Of a DNA stretch of 64,000 bases, positions 13,318 through 25,839 are shown in pieces (position 1 is the first letter of the stretch; each line of letters starts with the position of its first letter). The position numbers and the translations under genes are program-made. The stretch lies in assembly GCA_964016885.1 (NCBI GenBank), contig OZ024743.1, forward strand, positions 106,144,001-106,208,000. Reading direction: 5' to 3'. The notes beneath the pieces are model-generated. The model was not told where the DNA came from, searched no databases, and worked only from the letters and a program-made list of their open reading frames with translations. The DNA is from Eledone cirrhosa (lineage: Eukaryota).

Positions 13318-15585
13318 CTAATTGTAATACGTGACGTATTCTATTCTATAGCGATTAGGTCTTCAAAATGTTTATTATAAACATACAGAATATTTTCGAA
13401 TATTCTATGTCTATATTCACATATATATCGCTATTTCAGAGCATTTATTCCAATTTCTAATTTCTGCCGGACCGGCAACCGCTCTTTCAAACCAGTTCCT
13501 GTACACAGCTAAGTATTCTATAAGTCTCTAGCTGTGTCATTCTCGATAAAAGCACTGGATATGTAGTCCTGATGAATTCTAACAAGAATGAAACGCGTAG
13601 ATTACTTCCCTTGCTTTTATCGAGAATCTAATTGTAATACGTGACGTATTCTATTCTATAGCGATTAGGTCTTCAAAATGTTTATTATAAACATACAGAA
13701 TATTTTCGAATATTCTATGTCTATATTCACATATATATCGCTATTTCAGAGCATTTATTCCAATTTCTAATTTCTGCCGGACCGGCAACCGCTCTTTCAA
13801 ACCAGTTCCTGTACACAGCTAAGTATTCTATAAGTCTCTAGCTGTGTCATTCTCGATAAAAGCACTGGATATGTAGTCCTGATGAATTCTAACAAGAATG
13901 AAACGCGTAGATTACTTCCCTTGCTTTTATCGAGAATCTAATTGTAATACGTGACGTATTCTATTCTATAGCGATTAGGTCTTCAAAATGTTTATTATAA
14001 ACATACAGAATATTTTCGAATATTCTATGTCTATATTCACATATATATCGCTATTTCAGAGCATTTATTCCAATTTCTAATTTCTGCCGGACCGGCAACC
14101 GCTCTTTCAAACCAGTTCCTGTACACAGCTAAGTATTCTATAAGTCTCTAGCTGTGTCATTCTCGATAAAAGCACTGGATATGTAGTCCTGATGAATTCT
14201 AACAAGAATGAAACGCGTAGATTACTTCCCTTGCTTTTATCGAGAATCTAATTGTAATACGTGACGTATTCTATTCTATAGCGATTAGGTCTTCAAAATG
14301 TTTATTATAAACATACAGAATATTTTCGAATATTCTATGTCTATATTCACATATATATCGCTATTTCAGAGCATTTATTCCAATTTCTAATTTCTGCCGG
14401 ACCGGCAACCGCTCTTTCAAACCAGTTCCTGTACACAGCTAAGTATTCTATAAGTCTCTAGCTGTGTCATTCTCGATAAAAGCACTGGATATGTAGTCCT
14501 GATGAATTCTAACAAGAATGAAACGCGTAGATTACTTCCCTTGCTTTTATCGAGAATCTAATTGTAATACGTGACGTATTCTATTCTATAGCGATTAGGT
14601 CTTCAAAATGTTTATTATAAACATACAGAATATTTTCGAATATTCTATGTCTATATTCACATATATATCGCTATTTCAGAGCATTTATTCCAATTTCTAA
14701 TTTCTGCCGGACCGGCAACCGCTCTTTCAAACCAGTTCCTGTACACAGCTAAGTATTCTATAAGTCTCTAGCTGTGTCATTCTCGATAAAAGCACTGGAT
14801 ATGTAGTCCTGATGAATTCTAACAAGAATGAAACGCGTAGATTACTTCCCTTGCTTTTATCGAGAATCTAATTGTAATACGTGACGTATTCTATTCTATA
14901 GCGATTAGGTCTTCAAAATGTTTATTATAAACATACAGAATATTTTCGAATATTCTATGTCTATATTCACATATATATCGCTATTTCAGAGCATTTATTC
15001 CAATTTCTAATTTCTGCCGGACCGGCAACCGCTCTTTCAAACCAGTTCCTGTACACAGCTAAGTATTCTATAAGTCTCTAGCTGTGTCATTCTCGATAAA
15101 AGCACTGGATATGTAGTCCTGATGAATTCTAACAAGAATGAAACGCGTAGATTACTTCCCTTGCTTTTATCGAGAATCTAATTGTAATACGTGACGTATT
15201 CTATTCTATAGCGATTAGGTCTTCAAAATGTTTATTATAAACATACAGAATATTTTCGAATATTCTATGTCTATATTCACATATATATCGCTATTTCAGA
15301 GCATTTATTCCAATTTCTAATTTCTGCCGGACCGGCAACCGCTCTTTCAAACCAGTTCCTGTACACAGCTAAGTATTCTATAAGTCTCTAGCTGTGTCAT
15401 TCTCGATAAAAGCACTGGATATGTAGTCCTGATGAATTCTAACAAGAATGAAACGCGTAGATTACTTCCCTTGCTTTTATCGAGAATCTAATTGTAATAC
15501 GTGACGTATTCTATTCTATAGCGATTAGGTCTTCAAAATGTTTATTATAAACATACAGAATATTTTCGAATATTCTATGTCTATA

Positions 15586-15638
<53 letters not shown>

Positions 15639-15717
15639 CAAAATAACGTTTTCGAGGATTGCTCGGCCATATTACAAATGATACACTGAACAAAGTTTCC
15701 TGCTTATGCATACATAA

Positions 15718-15800
<83 letters not shown>

Positions 15801-15899
15801 TCATACACACACACCCACACTCACACACACAAACAAACAAATATATATATATTACTCTTTTACTCTTTTACAATCCGGCTGAGGCCATGCTGGGTCATA

Positions 15900-16010
<111 letters not shown>

Positions 16011-16021
16011 TGTATGTATGC

Positions 16022-16079
<58 letters not shown>

Positions 16080-16082
<3 letters not shown>

Positions 16083-18532
16083 ATATATAAGATCAAAAGA
16101 TGGTTAAAGGAGTTCCATGTATTTTATTATGCGCATTTCAAAAACAAACATCATCATGCAATAATATTTGTGTTTTCATCAGATAAAACATGAGAACATG
16201 ATATGAAGGCTAAAAAACACTTGTGGATAGTGCAGTTTGAAATCAACATATGAAAAGTAGTTTTAGATTGATGTGTGATATTGGGAAAACTATTTTATTT
16301 AGAGAGGGGGGTGGAAAGGATGAAAAAAGGGGAGGAGATGAGAGTGAAGGTGGATAGGGAGAGATGGGTGATAGAGAGAAAGAGATAGTTTTTATATCTG
16401 AGAGAAGATATATTGTTTTACATGGAGAGGTTGAAAACCGTTGGAAGATAATGTATAAATTAAAAGAATTTGAAAATTAACGAAGGGAAAAATATGTACG
16501 AGGAAAAAATATTTTATTTAGAGAGGGGGGTGGAAAGGATGAAAAAAGGGGAGGAGATGAGAGTGAATGTGGAGAGGGAGAGATGGGTGATAGAGAGAAA
16601 GCGATAGTTTTTATAACTGAGAAAAGATATGTTGTTTTACCTAGAGAGGTTGAGAACCGTTGGAAGATAATGTATAAATTAAAAGAATTTGAAAATTAAC
16701 GAAGGGAAAGAGAGGCAGTTGATATGTATTGAGATTAAAAAGTTTAAAGAGAGAGAGAAAAGATAATAATTGCGGATGAATATTCTAACGTCAAAAAGGT
16801 GTATGTTTATAAGTATTATGGCAATTTCAAAATTAACGAAGAGAAGAAAATATTAAGGTTTGTGTGTTGAAGGATTTGAGAAAAATAATGTGAAGTTAAA
16901 GTTTGTATATTGAAGGAATTGATAATATGTGCGAAGAAAGAGTTAATATGTATTAAGAATGAGTTAGTTGATGGGAAGAAGAAAATATATTATTAAGGAT
17001 GAATATTCTAGCGTCAAAAGGAGAGGGAGTTAATGTATTGAGATTAAAAAGTTTGATGATGGAGAGAAAAAATAATAATAATTGCGGATGAATATTCTAA
17101 CGTCAAAAAAACAAATGTATATGTTATGAAGGATTTTACAAGGTGAAGATAGAATGAGGGTAATGAGTAAACAAGTATTATAGAGTGTATAATGCCCTTT
17201 GAAGTAAGGTAGGAAGATGGGTATATTTTAAAGAGGTGTATGTATATGTGCCTTTGAGAAAAGATTCTAAATTGATAAAGAATTGAATATTAGCTGTATA
17301 CTTTGTGAAAAGTCCTATGGAATTTATGCAGGCAGATAGAAAACAAATCTGTACGTCTATTTATTATAGAATCTAGATTAGAGATAATGGTAAATTTTTC
17401 ATTTAGGCAGAGATTACAGATCTTAGATAGAGAGCTGTTCAAGTATGAAACCTTCTTCCAAAAGATGGTATATTTAATGTTTTTGTCTTTCAAGGACCAT
17501 ATGAGTTCTGAGAGAGCCGTATTGGTTCTTTTAAGTTTGTATTTAAAAGATGAATGATGATTATAGAGACGAGCTTTAAAAGAGGTGGAAGTGGAGCCAA
17601 AATAGGTGAAGGAATTGGTGCTAGTTATAACTTTACATTCATAAATTAAGTTTTTATCAAGACAATGGTTGTTGAGAGGACATTTATTTTTAATGCGGCA
17701 GTTGCAATTAGAGAGATTATTAATGAGTGACCTAGTGTTATCTATAGAAGGAATTGGATTGGAGAAGTTGTTTGCGATAGGAATAATAGGAATAATAGTT
17801 TCTTGATTTAGAGTTGGATTATGAACATTTAGCGAAGTTATGTTTGACGTTGTATTTGGGTTTACAGAAATTAGCCTAGGGTTTACAATGACGTCGGGAG
17901 TACTATTACTGTTATTATGAAATTCAATGTTGGAAGGAAGAGATTTAGTATTTAGTATTTTATTGTTGTGTTTAGAGATAATGTTGGAAATATTGGAGGA
18001 TGTAGAATAAGAAAATTTGATGGTGTGTTTGTTAAATATTTTACTATAGATATGTGAGGGAGGGAAGCATCTATTTAAGGCACTAAAAAATAATTTAGGA
18101 ATATTGTTATTAATAGAGATGGAGAAAGGAGCATTATACCAGATTATGTTTTTGCATCTAGGTCTTTTATTAAAGTTATTGGAATGATCATGATTAATTA
18201 TTCTACTGTAAGTTTTTCTAGAATTTGTTTCTTTACTATATTTGATTTTATCTGGATAACCGGCTTTAGAAAGTGCGTTATTATAGTAATTGGCGTTAGC
18301 ATCAAAGATGTTTTTATTAGAAGATATGTTAGATATTCTTTTTCCAATATTACTAACTATAGCATTCTTGATATTGGTAGGATGGTTAGATTTAAAGTTA
18401 ACATAATTTAGGTTCTCATTGTTTTTATGGTAAGGGTAATATATATTATGTATACTCCAGTCCTACAAACTGTAGAGTGCTTCTTATCCGATATCTGCAT
18501 TGCTTTATTGTACTACAATAAAACTCACCTCC

Positions 18533-18535
<3 letters not shown>
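16080..18535 (-). mobile_element. 5'-truncated Penelope-like element (family A) with 3' pLTR and an inverted terminal piece at 18441-18535
   Basis: Minus-strand coding remnant about 17290-18440 (YPYHKNNENLNYV, IIWYNAPFS, CFPPSHIYSKIFNKHTIKFSYS, CNCRIKNKCPLNNHCL, YFGSTSTSFKARLYNHH, CNLCLNEK); HHR at 16120-16188; about 218-bp duplication at 16290/16510 in the 3' UTR. Confidence 0.9.
16120..16188 (-). ncRNA. Hammerhead with long stem II (family A)
   Basis: TTTTAT CTGATGA AAACACAAATATTATTGCATGATGATGTTTGTTTTT GAAA TGCGCA TA ATAAAA. Confidence 0.8.
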
Positions 18536-18563
<28 letters not shown>

Positions 18564-18564
<1 letters not shown>

Positions 18565-18970
18565 CGATATTAACAAATGGAAACTATATGTATAAAACCA
18601 TATCTATTTTATTATACATATTTCAAGGATACCATGTTAAATTATGGTATGCTTTCATCAGACAAAATACAATATATACCAGTTTTATAAATAAGTATTG
18701 ACATACCCTTTCAAAATGCAACCGTTACTTTTGGAAGACATCAGGGATAGTGGATTTCGTAGTAGATATTAGTAAGTCGTTGTTTTCGAAGGAAAAAGAC
18801 GGAGAGAGAGAAAAAACGGAGAGAGAGAAAAGCGGAGAGAGAAAGGGAGAATAAATATAGTTTCCATTTGTTAATATCGTATATTTACTCCAAATACTTG
18901 TCGAGTGCTTTATATCAGTTATAAAAATATTTGCTTGTTGTATCCCAACAATTTAAATAGAACTTTTGCA
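18564..18970. mobile_element. Fold-back element, family C, HHR on minus strand (core 18661-18655)
   Basis: Begins ACGATATTAACAAATGGAAAC, ends AAATAGAACTTTTGCA; homologous to 29889-30332, 47745-48112 and the arms of 59414-62468. Confidence 0.85.
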
Positions 18971-18993
18971 TATATATATATATATATATATAT

Positions 18994-21900
18994 AAATGAA
19001 AATCCGAAGGCAAGATCAAATTCCAATCATTTTAATAACGACACATGTTTCAATAAGAGATAGATCGATCGTGAAACTATGTTCGATTATCACTGATCTC
19101 ATCAGCTGAAAATGATTTGTCTTCAAATTCTTGATATGAGGGAGAAAATTAGCAATGTTCACTCACAGAGTTTATTCCCTCATATGAAGATCAAGCAGTT
19201 AAAAAGACGGCGACTGCTATCAACTTCAGTTAAGATCATAAAACTATCAGATTTCTATATCCCAATAGCTGCAATCAAATATTTAGAAATACAGTACGTC
19301 ACAGTTAATGTGAGTGGGTACACATACAATCAACACCCACACACACCGGCTCGAGGTCAAAGAAAAATATATATATATATACACATATCAACACAGTATC
19401 AAACCTGTATAACTATAGACGGTCACAATTAGTGTGAGTGGGTACACACACACTCTCACACACACCGAAGCGATGTCAGAGAAAAAACCTTAAATATCAG
19501 AATATACCAACATAGCATTCGCGGAAAGTTAGTTTATAAAACAACACATGCTACATTGGTTAAATCTCAATTTGACGATGTACATTGCACATATTGGGTT
19601 AACCACAGCCCCATACACATACACACACACACACAAGCAAGTAAGTTCAGTTCAGTGTTCTGCTATACGTGTATAGATTGAATTGTAACATCCGTATCTC
19701 CAAGTGTATGGTATGGTATATACACATCCGTATCGTCCAAACAAGTGTATGTCTAGGTATATACACATCCATGTGAAAAGCAAGAAATCAGCTCATATCG
19801 AACTCAGTATGTACCGCTGTCCCATTGAGAGTCTGAGTCCTCAAAACCGTGCGTACAAGCAACCGCTATGTAGGCCAGCAAGGGGCCCCGTGTAGGGTTG
19901 GGTATTTGGGTTAATGTGTCAGTAACTGCTTGATCTTCATATGAGGGAATAAAGTCTGTGAGTGATATTGCTAATTTTCTCCCTCATATCAAGAATTTGA
20001 AGACAATTCATATTTACCTGATGAGATCAGTGATAATCTATCATGGCTTCACGATCGATATATCTCTTATTGAGACATGTGTCGTGATTAAAATGATTGG
20101 AATTTTACCTTGCCTTCGGATTTACATTTAGCTGTTCCCTTGAATGGAATTGGAGATATACAAAAGCGTAGAGAAATAATATATGCTAACAAAAATGTAT
20201 TGGACCGTTTTACACAACCAATAATACACCTTACTATATAACAACTTAAAGCTCCTAAATCTGTTGAGCACTTAATGATGTTAAGCAAGGAATCTGATGG
20301 AGAAATTCTCGGTGTACTCTTCGCTTAAGGACATCCATTTGCCTAACATAAAGTAATTCACAAGTTTGGCTATAGGTAAATCGGACTCCTTTGTCCGTAG
20401 AATGCGTTGGAAAGCCTTCCACTTCGACAGAGGAACACCAACAAACCACCCCAGGGAGGGAACGCGTGGCATCGAGGAATTATTCAAATCCAGAAGAAAC
20501 CCACCGCACAATAAGTACTTGAAATATTCGAGACTGAAATGTCTAGCATATTGTCCAACCTTAAGTTTAGGAAAAACCCACTCAGGAGAAAAAGCTACCT
20601 AAGACGACTGAATGGCGATCTAGGAAAATTAAAGAACTTGACCGGCATTTTGGTGCACGCAGATAAAACTAACAACCTGTACGATATGGATAGAGTAACC
20701 TATGCCGATTTGATAACCAGAGAACTTAGGAAAAGCTACAAAAAAACTACACGGGCCAACATGGATTTAATAAACACGGAGGCCAATAGCGTCATGACTA
20801 AACTGGGTATTGAAGATAAAACCGAACCCTTCCTTCCTAGAACTCCGACGATTTTGTTGAAAGCCCATAAATTAGACTTTGAATCATCAAGATCTGTTAG
20901 GCTGATAGCCCCTTCGAAGTCGGACATAGGAATCGTGAGTAAAAACATCCGTGATAAATATGCCCACTCTAGTTAGGAGATCGAAGCTTAAATTGGGGAC
21001 AGGATCTAGTGAGGTAATTAACTGGTTTGAGAAATCGCAGAATAAGAATAGCGCTAAATTTATACAGTTCGGTATCTCTAATTACTACCCTTCGATCTCT
21101 CCAACTCTTCTAGGTAGGGCCCTTAACTTTGTTAGCTTACACACCGACCTTGCATCCGAAGAAATTGACATTATGCTCCTAGCTAGGAACATTTTAATTG
21201 AGTTCAACGGTGACTTGTGGACCAGGAAGGATTGGCTGGACAATGTCGACATCACCATGGGATCAACGGACTCGGCCCAGGTGACAGATCTGGTGAACCT
21301 TTACTTCCTTGACTGTCTCGGAGTGGAAATGACCCACTTGGGAGGCGGCGCTTACTGTGACGATGTTTTGTTTACTATGTCGTTCCATAATAATAGTATG
21401 GTAGAGAGTGTGAGGAAAAAACTAAACAAATTCTTCAAGAACATAGACCTAAGTATAGTATTTGAAGAGAACTTAAAGATATTACACTTAACCTCAATTC
21501 AGGACTCTTCGAACCCTACCACAAACCCAACGAGAATTTAAATTATGTCAACGCAAAATCTAACCACCCTAGAATAGTCACTAACGGTATTACCAAAAGC
21601 GTCTCTAGTAGAATTTCAGGACTATCTTCCAATGAAGATGCCTTTAATAGGATCTCGAATTACTATAATAGCGCCCTGGAACGCGCGGGACATAGCGAGG
21701 GAATCTCATTCAAACGTCCATTAAATAGTAATAGCAACATTGCCTGCGATAGCTTAGGCCAAATAGTAACACTTTAGTTAACAGCAAGCAGGGATACGAG
21801 GGAGGATTTATATAGACATCATGTTGTATTGCCTCCTAGTCCCAATGTTGATGGTACCAATGGAAACAACCACCCAGGTACTAACACGGGGTCTGAGCAC

Positions 21901-24715
21901 CGTAACGCCAGCGGTAACTCTAATTGTAACCTTAATTGTAGAACTGCTAAAACAACCGCTGAACGTAAAATGGAACGAGGGTCGAGTAAAGGGAATAGGG
22001 ATAGGTGTAGCAGACGCATAGTGGATATAACCCCGGCTATCGAGGATAATCCCAATGGATGCACGGAGACTTGGGACGGTTCCGAACACAATCGTGACAC
22101 CCCAGGCCACCATCAACCCACTTGCAATTTCCAGTTATAATAGACCAGTAGCTACTAAGGAGACAGACAACTCTAATATAGTTAGTAAGAACAAGAGGCA
22201 TCGGTCCAGAAAAATCCTGTGGTATAACCCCTCTTTAATCCACTGGTCTGACCACTAGTATAGTTAAGCTTTTCTTTAGGGCCTTAGACAAATGCTTCCC
22301 TAGATCACACAGATACTAAAAAATATTCAATAGGAATACCATCAAGCTGTCCTACTCCACAACTAGTAACATAGCTCAGAATATGGTTAAGATGAATTAT
22401 AGTAGACTTAGGACAGCCCAAGGGGGAATTAGACATGGCAGTAATAATGGCAGCTCTATGGATGAACGGACTCATACACGTGAGGCGAGTCGGGTGACCC
22501 CAGGGAACTTACCCAAAGAGCAGACACGAACTGAGATCCGACCCCAAAGGTACCGTGGTTCATCAGGAACTACCCTGGTCGATAATAAAAAAATTAACTG
22601 GGAAATGCCTCACCAAAAACATATTCTACGACTGTAAGGTCTCCACTCCTGATAGAACCTTCAGGTATGTTGGGGAAACTGCCACTGAATTTAAGGGTAG
22701 ATGGTATAATCACCGCCATACCTTTAATAGATTAGATAAAAAAATATAGCACGGCGCTTTCTGAATTAGTCTGGAAGCTTAAACAACAGAATATAGAGCA
22801 CTCCGTATCCTGGTCCATAACTGCTCAGCCCAAACTTATAACGGTAACACTGGCGTCTGCAATTTATGTATAGCTGAAACCTTTCATATTATTAGAGGCG
22901 GCCCCCTATTAATTAATAGGAGATCAGATTTTTTCAGCAACTGCCAACATAGAACCTCGAAAACCTTCCGCAGGATTTTTGGAAAGTAATCTACCACTAA
23001 CCTCTCCCTCTCTACTTTAGCCATAGAGTTCTCTCAATAAACAGATAGTCACACACTAAGGTAGTTAGATGGCTTAAGATTGTTTGCGCATTTACAAACG
23101 GTACTCGGCCTGTTTCCACAGAGATCTCACAGCTGAGTGCACTTTCGAATACCTAGTTAGTAAATAGTTAGAATGATTACACACTCTCAACACCTAGTTA
23201 GTAATTGATTACACACAGGCAAGACCGATTACGCGTTCTACCTTTACTTTAAGATACACTAACCATTGAGTTCCCTCGGTTGGGATATAGCTAGACGTAT
23301 TGCACACTCAGGATTGATTACGCTCTCTATACATAACTCTACACACAGTACCCGTTTTATTTAGACATTGAGTTGCCACAGTTACGATTGGTCACGTTCC
23401 TACCGATTGAACACTACGCTATGTTTGATCCGTGATCATCTAACCATGGAGTGCTCACAGTTACGGATTGAACAATAATAATTACACACCATTAATGGGC
23501 CTTCACACAACCTCTGGGTTTTGCTATTCTTTGTTATTTTACTTTACCTTTTGTGTTGGATAACACACCTCCACCACTCAAACACCTATCTTAAAATCCC
23601 AAGGGCCCATATGACGGGAAACAGCACTTACTGACACATTAACCCAAATACCCTAATACCCAACCCTACAACGAGCCCCCTTCTGACTTACATAGCGGTT
23701 GATTGCACGCACGGTTTTGGGGACACAGTCTCTCAATGGGAGAGCAGTCCATACTGAGTTCGATATGAGCTGATTGCTTGCTCTTCACATAGATGTTTAT
23801 ATACCTAGACATGCACTTTTTTGGACGATACGGATGTGTGTATACCATAACATACACTTGAAGATACGGATGTTACAATTCAATCTATGCACGTATAGCA
23901 GGACACTGAACTGAACTTACTTGCTTGTGTGTGTGTGTGTATGTGTATGGAGCTGTGGTTAACCCAATATTTCCAATTTACATCGTCAAATTGAGATTTA
24001 ACCAATGTAGCATGTGTTGTTTTGTAAACTAACTTTCGTTTAATGCTATGTTGGTATATTCTTATATTTATTGTTTTTTCTCTGACATCGCTTCGGTGTG
24101 TGTGAGAGTGTGTGTGTACCGACTCACACTAATTGTGACCTTCTATAGTTCTACAAGTTTGAAACTGTGTTGATATGTGTATATATATATATATTCTTCT
24201 TTGACCTCGAGCCGGTGTGTGTGGGTGTTGAGTGTTTGTGTACCCACTCACATTAACTGTGACGGACTGTATTTCTAAATATTTGATTGATGGCCAGCGT
24301 CTTTTGCAGCGATTGGGATATAGAAATCTGATAGTTTCATGACCTTAACTGAAGTTGATAGCAGTCGCCGTCTTTTTGATTGCTTGATCTTCATATGAGG
24401 GAATAAACTCTGTGAGTAAACATTGCTAATTTTCTCCCTCGTATCAAGAATTTGAAGACAATTCATATTCACCTGATGAGGTCAGTGATAATCGATCATG
24501 GCTTCACGGTCGATCTATCTCTTATTGAAACATGATTGGAATTTTACCTTGCCTTCGGATTTTCATTTTGATACTTATACTCCGTTTTACATCATCCAGC
24601 TGTTCCCTTGAATGGAATTGGAGATATACAAAACCGTAGAGAACTTAATATTGCTAACAAAAATTTATTGGACCGTTTTAAACAACCAATAATACACCTT
24701 ACTATATAACAACTA
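18994..24715 (+). mobile_element. Near full-length Penelope-like element: inverted pLTR (18994-19925), partial direct pLTR (19925-20265), ORF, 3' pLTR (23625-24715)
   Basis: 18994-19925 is the reverse complement of about 23625-24568; 19925-20265 repeats 24380-24715; HHR-like cores at 19105(-), 20018(+), 24473(+); (TA)n flanks. Confidence 0.92.
20290..22990 (+). pseudogene. PLE RT-GIY-YIG polyprotein, disrupted by stops and frameshifts
   Basis: SFVRRMRWKAFHF, VHADKTNNLY, VRLIAPSKSDIG, FIQFGISNYYPSI (A), ITMGSTDSAQVTDLV (B), AYCDD (C), ILWYNP, IFYDCKV..YVGETATEFKGRWYNH, CNLCIAE. Confidence 0.92.
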
Positions 24716-24724
24716 TATATATAT

Positions 24725-25140
24725 ATATTAGTAAAAAGGAAAAGAAAATGGTGACAAATTTTTCCCAGTGAGAAATAGTTTAATTAGGAATAAGTATAAA
24801 TTATTAATAAGTATTAGTTAATATTCAGTTTTAGTTTTAAGTGTTTACCGGTTGCGCATTTCTTATGCTTTTCATAAATAATTTTAAGATAGAGTGCTCG
24901 TGATTTTTGGAGATTAGAGCAAAAATCAGGAGCACTCTATCTCAAAATTATTTTTGAAAAGCATAAGAAATGCGCAACCGGTAATAACTTAAAACAAAAC
25001 TGAATACTAACTAATATTTATTACTAATTTATACTTATTCGTAATTAATCTATTTTTCACTGGGACAAATTTGTCAGCATTTTCTTTTTTATTTTACTAA
25101 TATATTACAACTCATGTGTCACACCTCCATTTTATTTTTT
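24725..25140. mobile_element. Fold-back element (about 185-bp arms, centre about 24910-24920) with one-sided extension
   Basis: Arms 24725-24909 / 24920-25105; contains GAAATGCGCA, as in the family A HHR 3' half, but no CTGANGA seen. Confidence 0.75.
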
Positions 25141-25160
25141 AAATATATATAAATATATAT

Positions 25161-25793
25161 ATATTATACTTGGGGAGGGTCATATCTGTGTAATTTTGCC
25201 AGAATTAATAACAGAACACACTCACTCTTCGGTTTGTTTTCGCTTTTCGCTTCTGTGTCTTTTATATTGGTAATCTAATTTATTCGGTCAAAAATACAGA
25301 TACAATATAGGCACAAACACATATATATTGTTTATCAAAGTTCTTTCGTTGCACAACTGCAATATCGTAAGTGGTGCCATTGTTTCCTCCCGTTGCATTG
25401 TATTTTCTACGCAAATAAGACAAAATAAAATAAACAAATAAATACATATATAAACAGACTAAATAAAGATGGCGTAGAAAATACAATGCAACGGGAGGAA
25501 ACAATATCACCACTGACAATGCTGCAGATGTGCAACGAAAGAACTTTGATAAACTACATATATGTGTTTGTGTCTATATTGTATTTTTGACCAATGGCAA
25601 CATTGAGGACCGAATAAATTGGATTACCGATATAAAAGACACAGAAGCGAAAAGCGAAAACCAACCAAACAGTGAGTGTGTTCTGTTATTAATTCTGGCA
25701 ATATTACACAGATATGACCCTCCCCAAGTATAACAATATTTGTTTCTACACATGATTTCATATCAAAAACCTCGCAAAACTAATTCATCGCCG

Positions 25794-25794
<1 letters not shown>
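25161..25794. mobile_element. Fold-back element, family B, with degenerate HHR
   Basis: TATACTTGGGGAGGGTCAT…ATGACCCTCCCCAAGTATA arms; arm consensus CTGACGA T GTTGCA-n4-TGCAAC GAAAGAACTT. Confidence 0.8.

Positions 25795-25839
<45 letters not shown>

Larger units (their letters stand above)
12175..15589. mobile_element. Retrozyme-like tandem array of 310-bp hammerhead-bearing units; about 3.15 units on minus (12175-13152) and about 7.9 units on plus (13152-15589)
   Basis: Exact 310-bp periodicity (TTCTGCCGG at 13152, 13462, 13772 ... 15322); units look identical; one HHR per unit; no coding capacity; (TA)n at both ends. Confidence 0.92.

Noticed and set aside
12175-15589. CRISPR array or ordinary satellite
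   Set aside because: No unique spacers or cas genes and a eukaryotic context; the HHR, inversion and TA-anchored ends argue against a plain satellite
24569-24600. Spliced intron explaining the roughly 30-bp difference between pLTR copies (versus 20120-20130)
   Set aside because: No GT-AG boundaries and too short; a microhomology-mediated deletion is more likely
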